A stretch of 64,000 nt of DNA from Candidatus Micrarchaeota archaeon (GTDB taxonomy: Archaea > Micrarchaeota > Micrarchaeia > Micrarchaeales > CABMGC01): the NCBI GenBank assembly GCA_027319905.1, contig DAHVMJ010000003.1:1-64000 (forward strand). The letters run 5' to 3'. The number at the start of each line of letters is the position of its first letter. The first letter of the stretch is position 1. Of this stretch, positions 35,083 to 46,400 are shown in pieces. A program made the position numbers and the translations under genes. A model generated the notes under the pieces. The model was not told the DNA's origin, searched no databases, and saw only the letters and a list, made by a program, of their open reading frames with translations.

Positions 35083-36843
35083 TTGGTGATGCCCGTGATA
35101 CGCCAGCCGATAATAGTTGTTATGGGGCACGTGGACCACGGGAAAACGAGTTTGCTGGACAGGATAAGGAGTAGCGTCGTGGCCAGCAGAGAAGCCGGGG
35201 GCATAACGCAGCATATAGGTGCCAGCGAGGTTCCGCTCAACGTAATAGAGACAGTTTCAGGTCCTGTGCTCAGGCAGTTCGGAGCGAAGATCACAATACC
35301 TGGCCTGCTCTTCATCGACACCCCCGGGCACGAGGCGTTCACCAACCTCAGAAAGCGCGGAGGCTCAGTGGCCGACCTCGCCATACTTGTGGTCGATGTT
35401 TCCAAGAGTTTCGAGCCGCAGACGTACGAGGCGCTTGACATACTCAAGGAGTACAAAACGCCTTTCGTCCTTGCAGCGAACAAGATAGACCTCATCACCG
35501 GCTGGCGCGTCCAAAAGACGAGCAGCTTCGCAGAATCTCTGGGCAAGCAGGAGAAGAGCGTGCAGGACGCGCTTGAGGCGAAGATCTACGAGCTTGTCGG
35601 GAAGCTGAGCGAGGTCGGCTTCTCCAGCGAACGCTTCGACCGAATCAAGGACTTCAGGAAGGAGGTCGCGATACTGCCCGTAAGCGCAAAGACGGGAGAG
35701 GGCATAGCAGAACTACTCGTCTTCACCGCCGGCATCGCGCAGAAGTTCCTGGAGACGCGCCTTAACATAGAGGTTCAAGGACCTGGCAAGGGAAGCCTGC
35801 TTGAGAAGAAAGAGGAGAAGGGCCTCGGAACCACCATAGACGTCATACTGTACAACGGCACGCTGAAGGTGAATGACACGATAGCATTCGGTACTCCCGC
35901 TGGCGTCGCAAAGGCGAAGATCAGGGCATTGCTCAAGCCCAAGCCGCTGCAGGAGATGCGGGAGAGCAGCAGCAAGTTCTACTACGTGGACTCGGTTTCC
36001 GCCGCTTCGGGGGTGAAGATAAGCGGCGTGGGGTTCGAGGAGGCGCTGCCGGGGTCGCTGGTCATCTCAACCGAAGACAAGAGCTATGAGAAGGAGATAG
36101 CGACCGAGATGAAAGATGTCTTTGCCACCGAACAGAGCGGCATAATACTCAAGGCGGACACGATAGGCAGCATCGAGGCGCTGTCAAGGCTGCTGGCAAA
36201 CGCCGGAGTCAAGATAAGCAAGAAGGGCATAGGCAACGTCAGCAAACGCGACGTGCTCGACGCCTTCGCGATGAGGGCCATAGACCCTTACAACGCAGTC
36301 GTACTAGCCTTCAACGTCTCCGCCGAGGTCGACGCGCAATCTGAGAGCGACGCCGCCAACGTGAAGATAATCAGCGAGAACATAATCTACAAGATAATAG
36401 ACGACTACAAGGAGTGGCTCGAGGATCAGAAGAGGAAGGAGAGGGAAGATGCAGGGAAGTCGCTTACCTTCCCGTGCATGGTCAAGATACTTCCGAATAC
36501 CGCATTCAGGATCTCCCACCCCGCGATATTCGGGGTGGATGTTGTCGCGGGCAGGCTGAAATCTTCGGTGCTGCTTATGAACAAGCAGGGCGGGGTGATA
36601 GGCAGGGTGAGAGAGCTTCAGAACAACAGCATGCCCGTCAACGAGGCGAAGAAGGGCGAAAGCGTGGCAATATCCATAGACGGCATAACCTTCGGTAGGC
36701 AGGTGAAGGACAACGACGTGCTCTACGCTCACATAAACGACGAGGAGGAGCAGCTGCTGAGGTCAAAGTTCAACTACCTACTCAGCGACGAGGAGAAGGA
36801 ATTGCTGAACGAGATATCTGTTATAAAAAGGAGCGGTAAGTAG
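35083..36843 (+). CDS. infB: Translation initiation factor aIF5B (IF-2)
   Basis: GHVDHGKT, GITQHIGA, DTPGHEAF, NKID. Confidence 0.95.
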   Translation: MVMPVIRQPIIVVMGHVDHGKTSLLDRIRSSVVASREAGGITQHIGASEVPLNVIETVSGPVLRQFGAKITIPGLLFIDTPGHEAFTNLRKRGGSVADLAILVVDVSKSFEPQTYEALDILKEYKTPFVLAANKIDLITGWRVQKTSSFAESLGKQEKSVQDALEAKIYELVGKLSEVGFSSERFDRIKDFRKEVAILPVSAKTGEGIAELLVFTAGIAQKFLETRLNIEVQGPGKGSLLEKKEEKGLGTTIDVILYNGTLKVNDTIAFGTPAGVAKAKIRALLKPKPLQEMRESSSKFYYVDSVSAASGVKISGVGFEEALPGSLVISTEDKSYEKEIATEMKDVFATEQSGIILKADTIGSIEALSRLLANAGVKISKKGIGNVSKRDVLDAFAMRAIDPYNAVVLAFNVSAEVDAQSESDAANVKIISENIIYKIIDDYKEWLEDQKRKEREDAGKSLTFPCMVKILPNTAFRISHPAIFGVDVVAGRLKSSVLLMNKQGGVIGRVRELQNNSMPVNEAKKGESVAISIDGITFGRQVKDNDVLYAHINDEEEQLLRSKFNYLLSDEEKELLNEISVIKRSGK

Positions 36844-36853
36844 TAATTCTTTC

Positions 36854-37336
36854 ATGGACGTCAGGAGCCTCAAAATAAGCAAGATCGATGTCAAAGAGGA
36901 ACTTGGGCCACTATATACTTTCGATGCAAGAGTGGCAAAGGCAAATCCGGCTCTCCTGGCCCGTGACGGCGAAGAATGGCTTCTCTCTTTTCTGACAAAA
37001 GAGCACGATTCCGAGACCTGGGTGTGGAAAACCGAGAGCGGCGATCTTGTGGGTTACATCTCGCTGATAGACAAGCCCAAAGAAAACTCCATGGAGGTTC
37101 TCAGAATCTGCGTTGACCCTCCAAAGTGGCGTAAGAAGGTCGGCACGGAGATGATGGACTTCGCGGAAAAGATGGCGCTGAAACTGGGGAGAAGGAAAGT
37201 GGACCTGGCGACGAACAAGGCCAACGCGCAGGCCATCGCTTTCTACAAGAAACTCGGTTATCGCATAGCAAAGGAGGTCGAGAACTACTATGGGGAAGGC
37301 GAGATACGGTATATATTCGAGAAGGCGCTGAGCTAG
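36854..37336 (+). CDS. GNAT acetyltransferase
   Basis: 'ICVDP..R.KVG', 'N..AIAFYKKLGY'. Confidence 0.85.
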   Translation: MDVRSLKISKIDVKEELGPLYTFDARVAKANPALLARDGEEWLLSFLTKEHDSETWVWKTESGDLVGYISLIDKPKENSMEVLRICVDPPKWRKKVGTEMMDFAEKMALKLGRRKVDLATNKANAQAIAFYKKLGYRIAKEVENYYGEGEIRYIFEKALS

Positions 37337-37352
37337 TCCGTCTCGGAATAAA

Positions 37353-38423
37353 TCATTTTTGAGGCTGCGGTTGTGGAGGCGACTCCTGAGGACCGAAATC
37401 CGTTGTCCACTTTATGGTCTTGTACTCGTTCTTTATGTCAACGCTTCTTATCGGCAGTCTGCCCAGGATAATCTCTTTCACCTCTCCGGTCACACGCCTT
37501 GGACTATGTTTCGCGTACATCTTCTTGTGGTACGCGAGTCCGTATTTGTATGCGGACTTCTGGTCGTCAAACACGGACATCACGAAAAGCGTGTGGCTCC
37601 CTGTCAGAGGCCCGGATATCAGGTACCTGCTTATCAGCGGGTACTCCTCATCAAACATGATGACCTTCCTCGCCTTCGCAGAACTCTCCTCGAACCCCTC
37701 CGTCGGGGTGAAGTCATCGAAAAACGTCATGAATGACAGTTTCTTTTGCAGGTCCATCGTTATTGTTGCCCTCTTTATGTAGCCGCTTTTCATCAGTTTG
37801 TCGAAGTTGTACTTGACAGTGTTGAAGTGCATTCCCAGTTTTTTTGATATCTGCTGGAACGACATCCTTGCGTTGTCGTTCAGGCACAGGAGAAGGCTCT
37901 TGGACTTTTCATCGATGTTGGCCCTGCTTACCGTTTCGTTTCTGAGCGGGAAGAAGCCAAGGTGTCTGTGGATCATTTCCGAGGCGTGCCACGACACTCC
38001 GTACTCTGATAGAAGTACTATCATCGCCATGTTCCAGTGCATGTACTCTCTGCCTGAGAAGGCGTTCGCGTATATGACCAGGTCATATGAGCCATTCACT
38101 GAAAAAGCCACCTGCGGTATGTAAGACTTCGCCAGCATCTCCCTTATCTTGCCGTAATCCGGCTTCTTCTTGAACTTTACCTCTATGATGTGCGGGCTGT
38201 TCAGGCCTAGCGCGCGCTCGTCCAGCTCAAGTATGTACCTCATTCCCGCCTCCTTCTCCAGCCTTTCTATCTTATTCTTGATTGTGGCCCTCGAGACGCT
38301 GAGCCGCTTCGCAATTTCGGAAACTGACATCCTGGAGTTTTCCGAAAGGAGTCTTACTATTTTTCTTGAAAGCAGGCTGTACTGCTTGTTGAAGCTGCTC
38401 TCGACCTCATACTCTAGGCTCAT
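37353..38423 (-). CDS. Duplicated Lrp/AsnC-type transcriptional regulator
   Basis: Two wHTH units ('NSRMSVSEIAKRL', 'NARMSFQQISKKL'), each followed by an effector-like domain. Confidence 0.8.
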   Translation of the reverse strand: MSLEYEVESSFNKQYSLLSRKIVRLLSENSRMSVSEIAKRLSVSRATIKNKIERLEKEAGMRYILELDERALGLNSPHIIEVKFKKKPDYGKIREMLAKSYIPQVAFSVNGSYDLVIYANAFSGREYMHWNMAMIVLLSEYGVSWHASEMIHRHLGFFPLRNETVSRANIDEKSKSLLLCLNDNARMSFQQISKKLGMHFNTVKYNFDKLMKSGYIKRATITMDLQKKLSFMTFFDDFTPTEGFEESSAKARKVIMFDEEYPLISRYLISGPLTGSHTLFVMSVFDDQKSAYKYGLAYHKKMYAKHSPRRVTGEVKEIILGRLPIRSVDIKNEYKTIKWTTDFGPQESPPQPQPQK

Positions 38424-38530
38424 GCAAAAGCATCGGATGCCAAGAAATATATAACTTTCATAATAACAAAGAAGCTTCTCAATGTTGCGAAAAAATGAAG
38501 CCTTTATTAAAACGCGACACTGATTAGTTC

Positions 38531-39811
38531 TTGATGGACATCAAGACAAAGGCTTACGTATTCATTACGCTCGCGATGGTAGGCGGAGCACTGTTCCCGC
38601 TGGCGCTCAAGGTCGCCACAGACAACGGCGCCAACATATTCACCTTCATGTTCTTCTCCTACATAATCGCCACCGCAACATCATTCACGCTGGTGGTTCT
38701 GAAGGGAAAGCTGCCGGAGCTCAGGACCTACCTCCGCAGGCCAAAGGAATACGTCAAAACGGGACTCGCGGGCTTCGCTTTTGCAGGACTGATATTCTAT
38801 GGGCTGATCTACGCGGAGCAGTTCATCGCTGCCACGTTCGCCACTGTGATATACAGGATGCAGCCTCTGCTCATGCTCGCGTTCATCCCGTTCCTGCTCA
38901 GAGAGAAAATATCCAGGACGCAGATAGCGGCATTGCTGCTCGGCGTCGGAGGCATATACATAGCACTTAGCGGCGGCAACCTTCTCGCCTTCTCCGGGGC
39001 AAGCACAGTCATGGTACTGTTCCTGTTGCTGATTGTGTTCATCGGGGCGTTCGCAGCGATTTTCATCAAGAGATACGCGACCAACATGGAGTGCACCATG
39101 TTCATGTTCAACTCCGTCTCACTGGTCTTTGCGACAGCTCTCTTCTTCTTCAGCGGTGCGCATCTCATGGCGTTTAACACGCTCTCTTTCCTTGCGCTGC
39201 TCTACATCGGCATACCAACCAGTGTCTTCGTAACGTACTTCTACTTCAGGGCGTTCAGGACGCTTAAGACGACGTTCGTGACAAACTTCTACCTGCTCTC
39301 GCCCTTCATAACCGCCGTGTTCGCTGCAGCATTCCTCAGCGAGACGATAGAGCCGTATTATCTGGCAATCGCAGTCCTGGTATCTATCGGCATATTCATC
39401 CAGAGGTTCGACAAGAAGGGCGGAACATATGCGACGAAGAGCGGGAACAAGCTCAGGGACTTTGTCATATTCGACGTCAGTGGCGCCTTCTCCAACACCG
39501 GGGAGGTGGGCATAGCAAACGTGCTGAGGAACGGCGGGAGGGTGCTAGCGGTCAAGCTGTCTGCGAAGCATGAAAACGCGGTCATGGATATGATAAAAGA
39601 GAAGAGCTATTCGAACGTATATACGCACAGGCACGCTCCAATAGCCGAGGAGGTAAACTTCGTCAAGGAAACTACGGGCGCAGGCCCGGACGACATGATA
39701 CTGCTCAAGGCCGGAGGGTTCGACGATGGCGAGGCGTTCTTCAGCGATGTGTCCGATGCCGTGGGTCCGGAGGCTCTCGAGAAGCTCGATTACCATAATA
39801 ACAACAAGTAG
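38531..39811 (+). CDS. EamA/DMT transporter with soluble C-terminal extension
   Basis: About 10 TM helices, 'LLREKI' and 'FLSETI' EamA repeat ends, ~135-aa hydrophilic tail. Confidence 0.8.
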   Translation: MMDIKTKAYVFITLAMVGGALFPLALKVATDNGANIFTFMFFSYIIATATSFTLVVLKGKLPELRTYLRRPKEYVKTGLAGFAFAGLIFYGLIYAEQFIAATFATVIYRMQPLLMLAFIPFLLREKISRTQIAALLLGVGGIYIALSGGNLLAFSGASTVMVLFLLLIVFIGAFAAIFIKRYATNMECTMFMFNSVSLVFATALFFFSGAHLMAFNTLSFLALLYIGIPTSVFVTYFYFRAFRTLKTTFVTNFYLLSPFITAVFAAAFLSETIEPYYLAIAVLVSIGIFIQRFDKKGGTYATKSGNKLRDFVIFDVSGAFSNTGEVGIANVLRNGGRVLAVKLSAKHENAVMDMIKEKSYSNVYTHRHAPIAEEVNFVKETTGAGPDDMILLKAGGFDDGEAFFSDVSDAVGPEALEKLDYHNNNK

Positions 39812-39954
39812 TGTCAATCCTGCAGGATTCAGGAGCCTATTTAAATAAGAAGTTCCATATGTATTGACAGGGATCTCAGTTAGCAAAATCTATTTTGTTT
39901 AACGAAAATCCCACCCACCCATAAAAGAGGCATGCCTTAAGGCGTGTCCTCTTT

Positions 39955-41793
39955 CTATTTAACAAGCTTGTTCAGCTCATCGCCGTCGACGTTGAGCCTG
40001 TGCCTGCTCATTATGTTCCTCATTATCTCGGCTTTCCCCTCGCCCTTGCCCTCTTCGCGCACAAGCTTCTCCAGGTTCTTCCCGCTTATCCTTTCCAGCT
40101 TCCTTGACCTTATAATCTTATCAACGCCCTTCGCGTCGAGCGGGACCTGCCTGATTATCTCTTCTATGGCTGCTTTCGTTATCCTCTTCCTGCTGTACTC
40201 CTCGAATATGTGCAGCATCGCTCCGTCGGTTATGGCGTCTACGTCTATGCCAAGCCTCCTGGCCTGGGTCGTTTTCTCCAGCAGCACAGACGCGACCGTA
40301 CCGCCATCAGCGCCAGTCTTGTCCACTACCTCTAGGAAGAGGCCAAGTTGTGGAGACCAGAGCATCTGCTCCTCCAGCTGTCTGTTCTTTATCTCCCTGC
40401 CCAGCTTCCTCATCGTTTTTTCCACGTCAACGGCGGCTTTCTTTGCCCTCTCGTACTCCTCGGCATCGAGAGGGATCGGTCTCACGTCAGTCTCAGGATA
40501 CATCCTCGCCCCTCCCGGAAGCGGCCTCAGGAATGTGGTGACGAGCAGTTTCGGGTCCACGCCCCGCGTTTCGTTCGGTATCTCGAGCGCCGCCTGCTGC
40601 GCCCTTATGTTCGCGAACGCAAGCGCGTTCTCGCAGACGCGCTTCTCTCCGGCGACCATCATGAATGCGTCGCCTTCCTGGACGCCCAGCATGCGCCTCA
40701 GCCCCTCCAGTTCCTCCTCTGCAAAACCATATGCTCCGAGGTCTTCGTCGCTGTGAATTATGCCTCCCACTCCGGCAAGCCTTGCGTACCCGCTTATCTC
40801 GCTCCCCAGCCGCCGTCCGGGGTTTATCTCCTTGCCCAGCAGTCCCGCGTAACCCTTCAGCCTCGATGCCATGACCGCGCCGTCAGGGTCTTCAAGGCTT
40901 TTCCTTACAATTTTCACCTTCGTGTCTCCCAGCACGCTGGTCACGTCTATCGGAGGATGCACGCGTGCGTTTCTGCTTTGCAGTTCCTTCTTTATGTCTA
41001 TAAGGGCGAGCTGTCTCTGCACCTCGCTCTCTATGACCTTGTCCATCGTTTCGAGATCCTGGAATCCCTTTATCTCCACCCTCGCGCCTCCGCGTATTGA
41101 GACGTTCACGTCCTGCCTTATCGAGCCTATGCCTCGCTGCACCCTGCCCGTGAGCCTGAGCGCAAGCCCTATCCTTCTCGCAACCTCCTTCGCTTCGGCA
41201 GGGCTCCTTATCTCGGGTTCTGTGTCTATCTCCACGAGCGGGATCCCGAGCCGGTCGACGTTGTAGATAACCGTGCTGCCGTCGCTGTACTCTATTCCGC
41301 TCGACTCCTCCTCAAGGAAGATCGAGGTTATGCCTATGCTCCTGCCCCCAGTCTCCAGGTTTCCCCCGTGTCCTACCAAGAGCGTTCGCTGGAACGCGCT
41401 GGGGTCGCTGCCGTCAACCACCTCCTTTCTCATCGGCTCGAGCTCTGCCGGCGCCCACGCGCCGAATGACGCAACTATCTGCAGCGCTGTATGGAGCGCC
41501 TCCCCGTTCAGCTCGTGCGGAGGTTCCTCGTCCGCGTCCACCAGGCACGTGGTGTTCCTGAAAACGTTGTAAACGAACTTTCTGCCACGCTGCGTCTCGA
41601 ACGCCGCGGAGAGGTCTATCCTGCCCAGCTCGCCCGCCACCGCCCTCTGCCGCCTCTGTATCTCGGCTACAGAGATGTCGTTTTGCAGCTGCGCATCGCA
41701 CGAGCAGAAGAGCTTGTGCTGTGTCGCGAGGCGTTGGTGTATCTCCAGCCCGCACATGAACCCAAGCTTCTCGTAGTCTGTCTCTGACGCCAT
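39955..41793 (-). CDS. gatE: Glu-tRNA(Gln) amidotransferase subunit GatE
   Basis: GLEIHQRL, VDGS..S.FQRT, RQDVNVSI, RPLPGGARMYPETD. Confidence 0.95.
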   Translation of the reverse strand: MASETDYEKLGFMCGLEIHQRLATQHKLFCSCDAQLQNDISVAEIQRRQRAVAGELGRIDLSAAFETQRGRKFVYNVFRNTTCLVDADEEPPHELNGEALHTALQIVASFGAWAPAELEPMRKEVVDGSDPSAFQRTLLVGHGGNLETGGRSIGITSIFLEEESSGIEYSDGSTVIYNVDRLGIPLVEIDTEPEIRSPAEAKEVARRIGLALRLTGRVQRGIGSIRQDVNVSIRGGARVEIKGFQDLETMDKVIESEVQRQLALIDIKKELQSRNARVHPPIDVTSVLGDTKVKIVRKSLEDPDGAVMASRLKGYAGLLGKEINPGRRLGSEISGYARLAGVGGIIHSDEDLGAYGFAEEELEGLRRMLGVQEGDAFMMVAGEKRVCENALAFANIRAQQAALEIPNETRGVDPKLLVTTFLRPLPGGARMYPETDVRPIPLDAEEYERAKKAAVDVEKTMRKLGREIKNRQLEEQMLWSPQLGLFLEVVDKTGADGGTVASVLLEKTTQARRLGIDVDAITDGAMLHIFEEYSRKRITKAAIEEIIRQVPLDAKGVDKIIRSRKLERISGKNLEKLVREEGKGEGKAEIMRNIMSRHRLNVDGDELNKLVK

Positions 41794-41800
41794 GGAATCA

Positions 41801-43126
41801 CTACTCCCATTCGACCTCCGTTCTTTCAGTTATCTCGCCCGCGATGTTCTTGTTCAGCATCTTCGCAGCCTCAGCGCGCTTGTGGTTGCCCAGCAGCCAG
41901 CCAAGCTTGACGAGCGCCACCTCGGGCAGCATGTCCTCGCAGTATATCGCCCCTGTGCCTGCGGCCAGCCTGAGGTTTCTGTACACGTTAGGGTTGACCC
42001 TTCCATACAGCGTCTGGGAGGTTATGCCCACCACCATGCCAGCGTCCACGGCTCTTTTCATGTGTCCTATCCACGAGTATCTCTCGTCAGACGGCGCGAC
42101 GGCAACATGCCCCATGCCCGTCGCCTCGATTATTATGCCCCTGTACCTCTTGCCTATGTAATAATCTATTATCTCAGGATCGGAGTTGGGGTAGAACTTC
42201 AGCAGAGCCACCTTTGGCTCGTATCCTACTGCAGCCCTCGTAGAAGCGCCTTCTTCTGTCCTTCTCCTGCTGCCCTCCAGATACTCGATGTTCCCTTCCA
42301 CGTCCACCCTCGCTATCGGCTTTGAGTTGACCGGCCTGAAGGCGTCGCGTCTGGTCGTGTGCATCTTCCTCACCTTTGTCCCACGCGTAAAGTTGCAGAA
42401 CGTGTCTGACGAGCTTGCGTGCATGCAGATGCCCACTTCTGCGATGTTGGCCTTCGCCGCGAGGTGCGCGGAGCACACGAGATTGACGAACGCGTCGCTG
42501 GATCCCCGGTCCACGCTGCGTTGCGCCCCTGTTATCACTACCGGCCCGCTCAGCCCGCTGAGCATGAAGCTCAGCGCAGCGGAGGTGTAGTGCATTATGT
42601 CCGTGCCCTCTGTTATCATAACCCCGTGCGAATCAGACAACGCCTTCGCCGCCGCCCTTGCCATCACCTGCCAATCCGTGTACATCATGTCCTCGCTCGC
42701 CTTCCGCATCGGATTTATGACCTTGATGTTCGCTATGTCGAGTATCTCAGGGACCTGAGCAAGCATCTCCTCCGGCTCCACCACCATGTGAACCCCGCCG
42801 GTTACATAATCGACCTTGCTCTCTATCGTGCCTCCGGTCGAGATCAGCGTGATGTCAGGCAGGCCCTGCCTCCTGCTGAGCTCCACTCTTGGAAATGCAA
42901 ACTCCTCCTTCCCGCGCGCCAGCTTCTCCACCTTCGCGCCCCTGCCGATGCTCAGGCCAATGTTGTATCCGTTCCTCAACTTGAGAACAACCGCGCCCTG
43001 GTCTCCGAACTCTGGCCTCGGGAGCAGGATGCCCTCGAAAGTCTTCCCTTTAGAAACAACGCGCACTGTGTCGCCTGGCGTTATGCCCTTTTTGTTCAGC
43101 AGCGCCTCCAGTTCCTGGGAGTACAT
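41801..43126 (-). CDS. gatD: Glu-tRNA(Gln) amidotransferase subunit GatD
   Basis: STGGTI, GTD, GAQRS.DR.SSD, RKMHT.RRDAF. Confidence 0.95.
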   Translation of the reverse strand: MYSQELEALLNKKGITPGDTVRVVSKGKTFEGILLPRPEFGDQGAVVLKLRNGYNIGLSIGRGAKVEKLARGKEEFAFPRVELSRRQGLPDITLISTGGTIESKVDYVTGGVHMVVEPEEMLAQVPEILDIANIKVINPMRKASEDMMYTDWQVMARAAAKALSDSHGVMITEGTDIMHYTSAALSFMLSGLSGPVVITGAQRSVDRGSSDAFVNLVCSAHLAAKANIAEVGICMHASSSDTFCNFTRGTKVRKMHTTRRDAFRPVNSKPIARVDVEGNIEYLEGSRRRTEEGASTRAAVGYEPKVALLKFYPNSDPEIIDYYIGKRYRGIIIEATGMGHVAVAPSDERYSWIGHMKRAVDAGMVVGITSQTLYGRVNPNVYRNLRLAAGTGAIYCEDMLPEVALVKLGWLLGNHKRAEAAKMLNKNIAGEITERTEVEWE

Positions 43127-43228
43127 GTTGCAAACTTCGCTTCGCTATTTTAAATTCCTTTCACTACACTGTCTGAGATGTGTTTTTATATCTTAACTGA
43201 GCAAGGCATCTGCAAATAGTGAGTTACA

Positions 43229-43444
43229 ATGCGATGCGAAAGATGCGGAAGAGAGCTCTTCAAGTTCGTGGTATGCAACTACTGCAACAGGAAGATAGGG
43301 CAGGAGTGCGTAAAGAGCTCGAAGAGGAAGAGCAAGGTGGTCAAGCTTACCATATGCAAGGACTGCTGGAGCGTCATGCCGAGAAGGAAGGCTTACAAGA
43401 ACGCCGAGGCGAGCGTCCAGGCGGCGGCGCAGCAGCCGCGCTGA
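43229..43444 (+). CDS. Small multi-CxxC zinc-finger protein
   Basis: CERC, CNYC, C, CKDC in 71 aa; fits the intergenic gap. Confidence 0.65.
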   Translation: MRCERCGRELFKFVVCNYCNRKIGQECVKSSKRKSKVVKLTICKDCWSVMPRRKAYKNAEASVQAAAQQPR

Positions 43445-43448
43445 CTTG

Positions 43449-46400
43449 CTACAGTTTCTCTATAGCCAGGTTTAGCTTCTCATCTTCTATCTCGAACTCC
43501 TTGGCGTCCGTTCCTCCGGCCACGCCCTCTCGAAGCTCCCTGGCGTTGACGTCCTTCTTTATCTTGGCGTGGTTCTTTTTCACCACAAGAGCGAGCGGTT
43601 CGCTGGCAGCATAGCGCACGTCTATCTTGTCTGCTTTCTTCAGTTGCTTCTCCTTCCTCGCCAGCTGCACCCTGCGCTCAAACTCGCGAACCATTCCCTC
43701 CTCCCAGAGCTCCTTGCTCATCTTGCCGTCTACCGAGGCTATGCCGTGTCCGAACACCACGGCGTTCTCGCTTTCCAGCCGCTGCACTATGGCGAAGTGG
43801 TTTGCATTGACGTCGACCAGTCCCTTCTCCGTGTGAAGGGAGTAGTGCCCGCTTTCCGCTACAGCGCGCTCAAGCGCGTCAGCGTTTTCCTTTCTTAGCG
43901 CGTCAGCGACCGCACCGGCTTTCTCCTTAAAGTCAGGCCCTATCTTCGCGAAGACCGGCCTCACCTCCCTGTTGAACGCCTCGACCTTCTTCACGGAAAC
44001 CTTCTTCGTGTTGGTGTAGTTCTCTATGGTAGGAGCGAGTTTCTCGAACACCTCCTGGGCGTGCGCGTCTCTGACCTCCAGGACGGCGTTGGCTATCGGC
44101 CATCTTAGCTTCAATCCCGCCTTCTCCCGCGCGTTAAGCAAAGCCGTGGTTGCCTCTATCACCATCGCGAACTCGACCTCTATCTCTTTCCTTATAAGGC
44201 TCTCCCTGTACTTCGGCCATGGGAGCAGGGAGACGCTGTCCTCCTGCGCGTAGGTGCTTCTGTACTGTGCCTCTGTGGCGAAAGGCGCCACCGGCGTTAG
44301 CATTATCAGCAGGTTGTAGAAGATGTAGTTGATTGTGTCCATGGTGCGTTTGGCATCGGCCTTCCTGCCCTCAACTATTCTCTTCTTGGCCGTCTTGAGG
44401 TATACTCTGCTGAAGTCGTTTATCAGGAAATCAGTTGTTCCGTTCACGTACTCGTGTATCTCGTACCCGTCGAGGTGCTCGGTGGCTTCCTTGAGCAGTG
44501 TGTTGAACCTCGACACTATCCAGGCATCTTCGCTGACCAGGTTTTCCAGATTTCTCGGCTTCCTTATCTTTGTGTGTGAATAGCCAAGCGCGGAAGAGTA
44601 CTCGGAAATAAGGTTGGAGATGTTGTAAAGCATGACTATCGGCCTGCTCGCCTCGTTTATGTGCTCGTCGCTGAATATGAGATCATACTGCGGGGTGTGC
44701 GAAGTGCACCATATCCTGAACGCGTCCGCCGTGTGCTTCTTCAGGAGCTCGTCGAGCGGCACGTAGTTGCCAAGCCGCTTGTGCATCTCCCTGCCGTCCG
44801 CGCCGAGAAGCATGCCATGCGTCACCACGTTGCGGAACGGAGTCTTCCTGTACACCATCACGCTGCTTTTCAGCTGGTATGCGAACCACGCCCTGAGCTG
44901 CTCGACTGCCTCGAGTATGAAGTCCATCGGAAAGAGCTGCTCGAACTGCTCTGCCGTCAGGCTAGCCCTGAAGGCTATGCTCGAGTCGAACCACACGTCG
45001 AGTATGTCCGATACTCTGCGCATCTCCTTGCCGCACTTCTCGCATCTCAGCGCTATCCTGTCTATGTACGGCCTGTGAAGGTCTTGGAGCGAGTCAACCG
45101 CTTCCTTGCTTGTCGCCCGTTCTTTGAGCTCTGAGCGCGAGCCCACCACCGCGAACTCGCCGCATTCGCACTCCCATATCGGCATCGGCGCGCCCCAGTA
45201 CCTCTGCCTCGATACTGTCCAATCCGGCGAGCTGACGAGCACGTTTTCTTCCCACTCTCTCGCCTCATTCGGATGCCAGCTCACCTTCCTGTTCTCGCTC
45301 ACAAGCTTCTTCTTCACCTTCTGTATGTTAATGAACCACTGCTTCGTGGAGATGAACAGAAGCTTTGTATCGCATCTCCAGCAGTGCGGGTAGCTGTGCT
45401 TTATCGTGCCGCTCCAGGCCAGCGCCCCGGATGATGCCAGGTCGTCAAGCACTCTCCTGTTCGCCTCTTCCGGCACCTTCAGGCCGGCGTAGGCTCCGGC
45501 CTCGCCCGTATATACTGCCTGCTCGTTTACCGGAGAGAAGATTGGCATGCGGTTCTTCTTTCCCAGCAGATAGTCCTCGAACCCGTGTCCCGGCGCTATG
45601 TGCACCAGCCCCGTGCCTTCGTCGCTGGCCACCAGTCCCTCGTCAAGCAAGACCCTGTGATATTTCCTAAGCTTCTTTTGCTGCTCCACCAGGCTCTCAA
45701 GCGGGTTGAAGTAGTATATGCCTTCAAGCTCGCTTCCGTAGAACTCCGCTTCTATGACAAGGCTCTCGTTCAGCACAGCGGATACCGCCTCGAGCCTGCC
45801 CTTTGCCAATATCAGGTGCCTTCCCCCTGCCTTTACCCTGACATAGAGCTCCTTTGGGTTTGCAGCAGCGGCAACGTTGGCTGGAAGCGTCCAAGGGGTG
45901 GTGGTCCAGATCAGCAGGAAGGTCTTGTCCCCGAGCTCTATCCTGGGCTTCGAAAGCTTGGCATTTATCTCGAACGCAACGAACACTGACGGGTCTTCGT
46001 CCTTCTGGTACTCTATCTCCATGCCGCCCTGCGACACAGCGGTCCCGCAGCTGGGGCAATAGAGCGTGGCGCGCAGGTCCCTGTATACAAGTTTCTTCTT
46101 CCACATCTCCTTGAAGAACCACCATTCCATCTCGATGTACTCATTCTTGTAGGGCAGGTACGGGCTAGAGAAATCGAGCGACATTCCGAAGCGTTCGTAA
46201 TCGGCGTCCATCTTCCCTATGTACGCGGTGACGAACTCCTTGCAGCTCTCTATGAACTTCTCAACGCCTATCTTTGCCTCTATGTCCTTCTTTGAGCCCA
46301 CGTGCAGATTCGCCTCCACTTTTTTCTCTATAGGCAGGCCGTGCACGTCGTAGCCCGCGCGGTCGTATACGTCAAAGCCCCGAAGCCTCTTGTACCTGAG

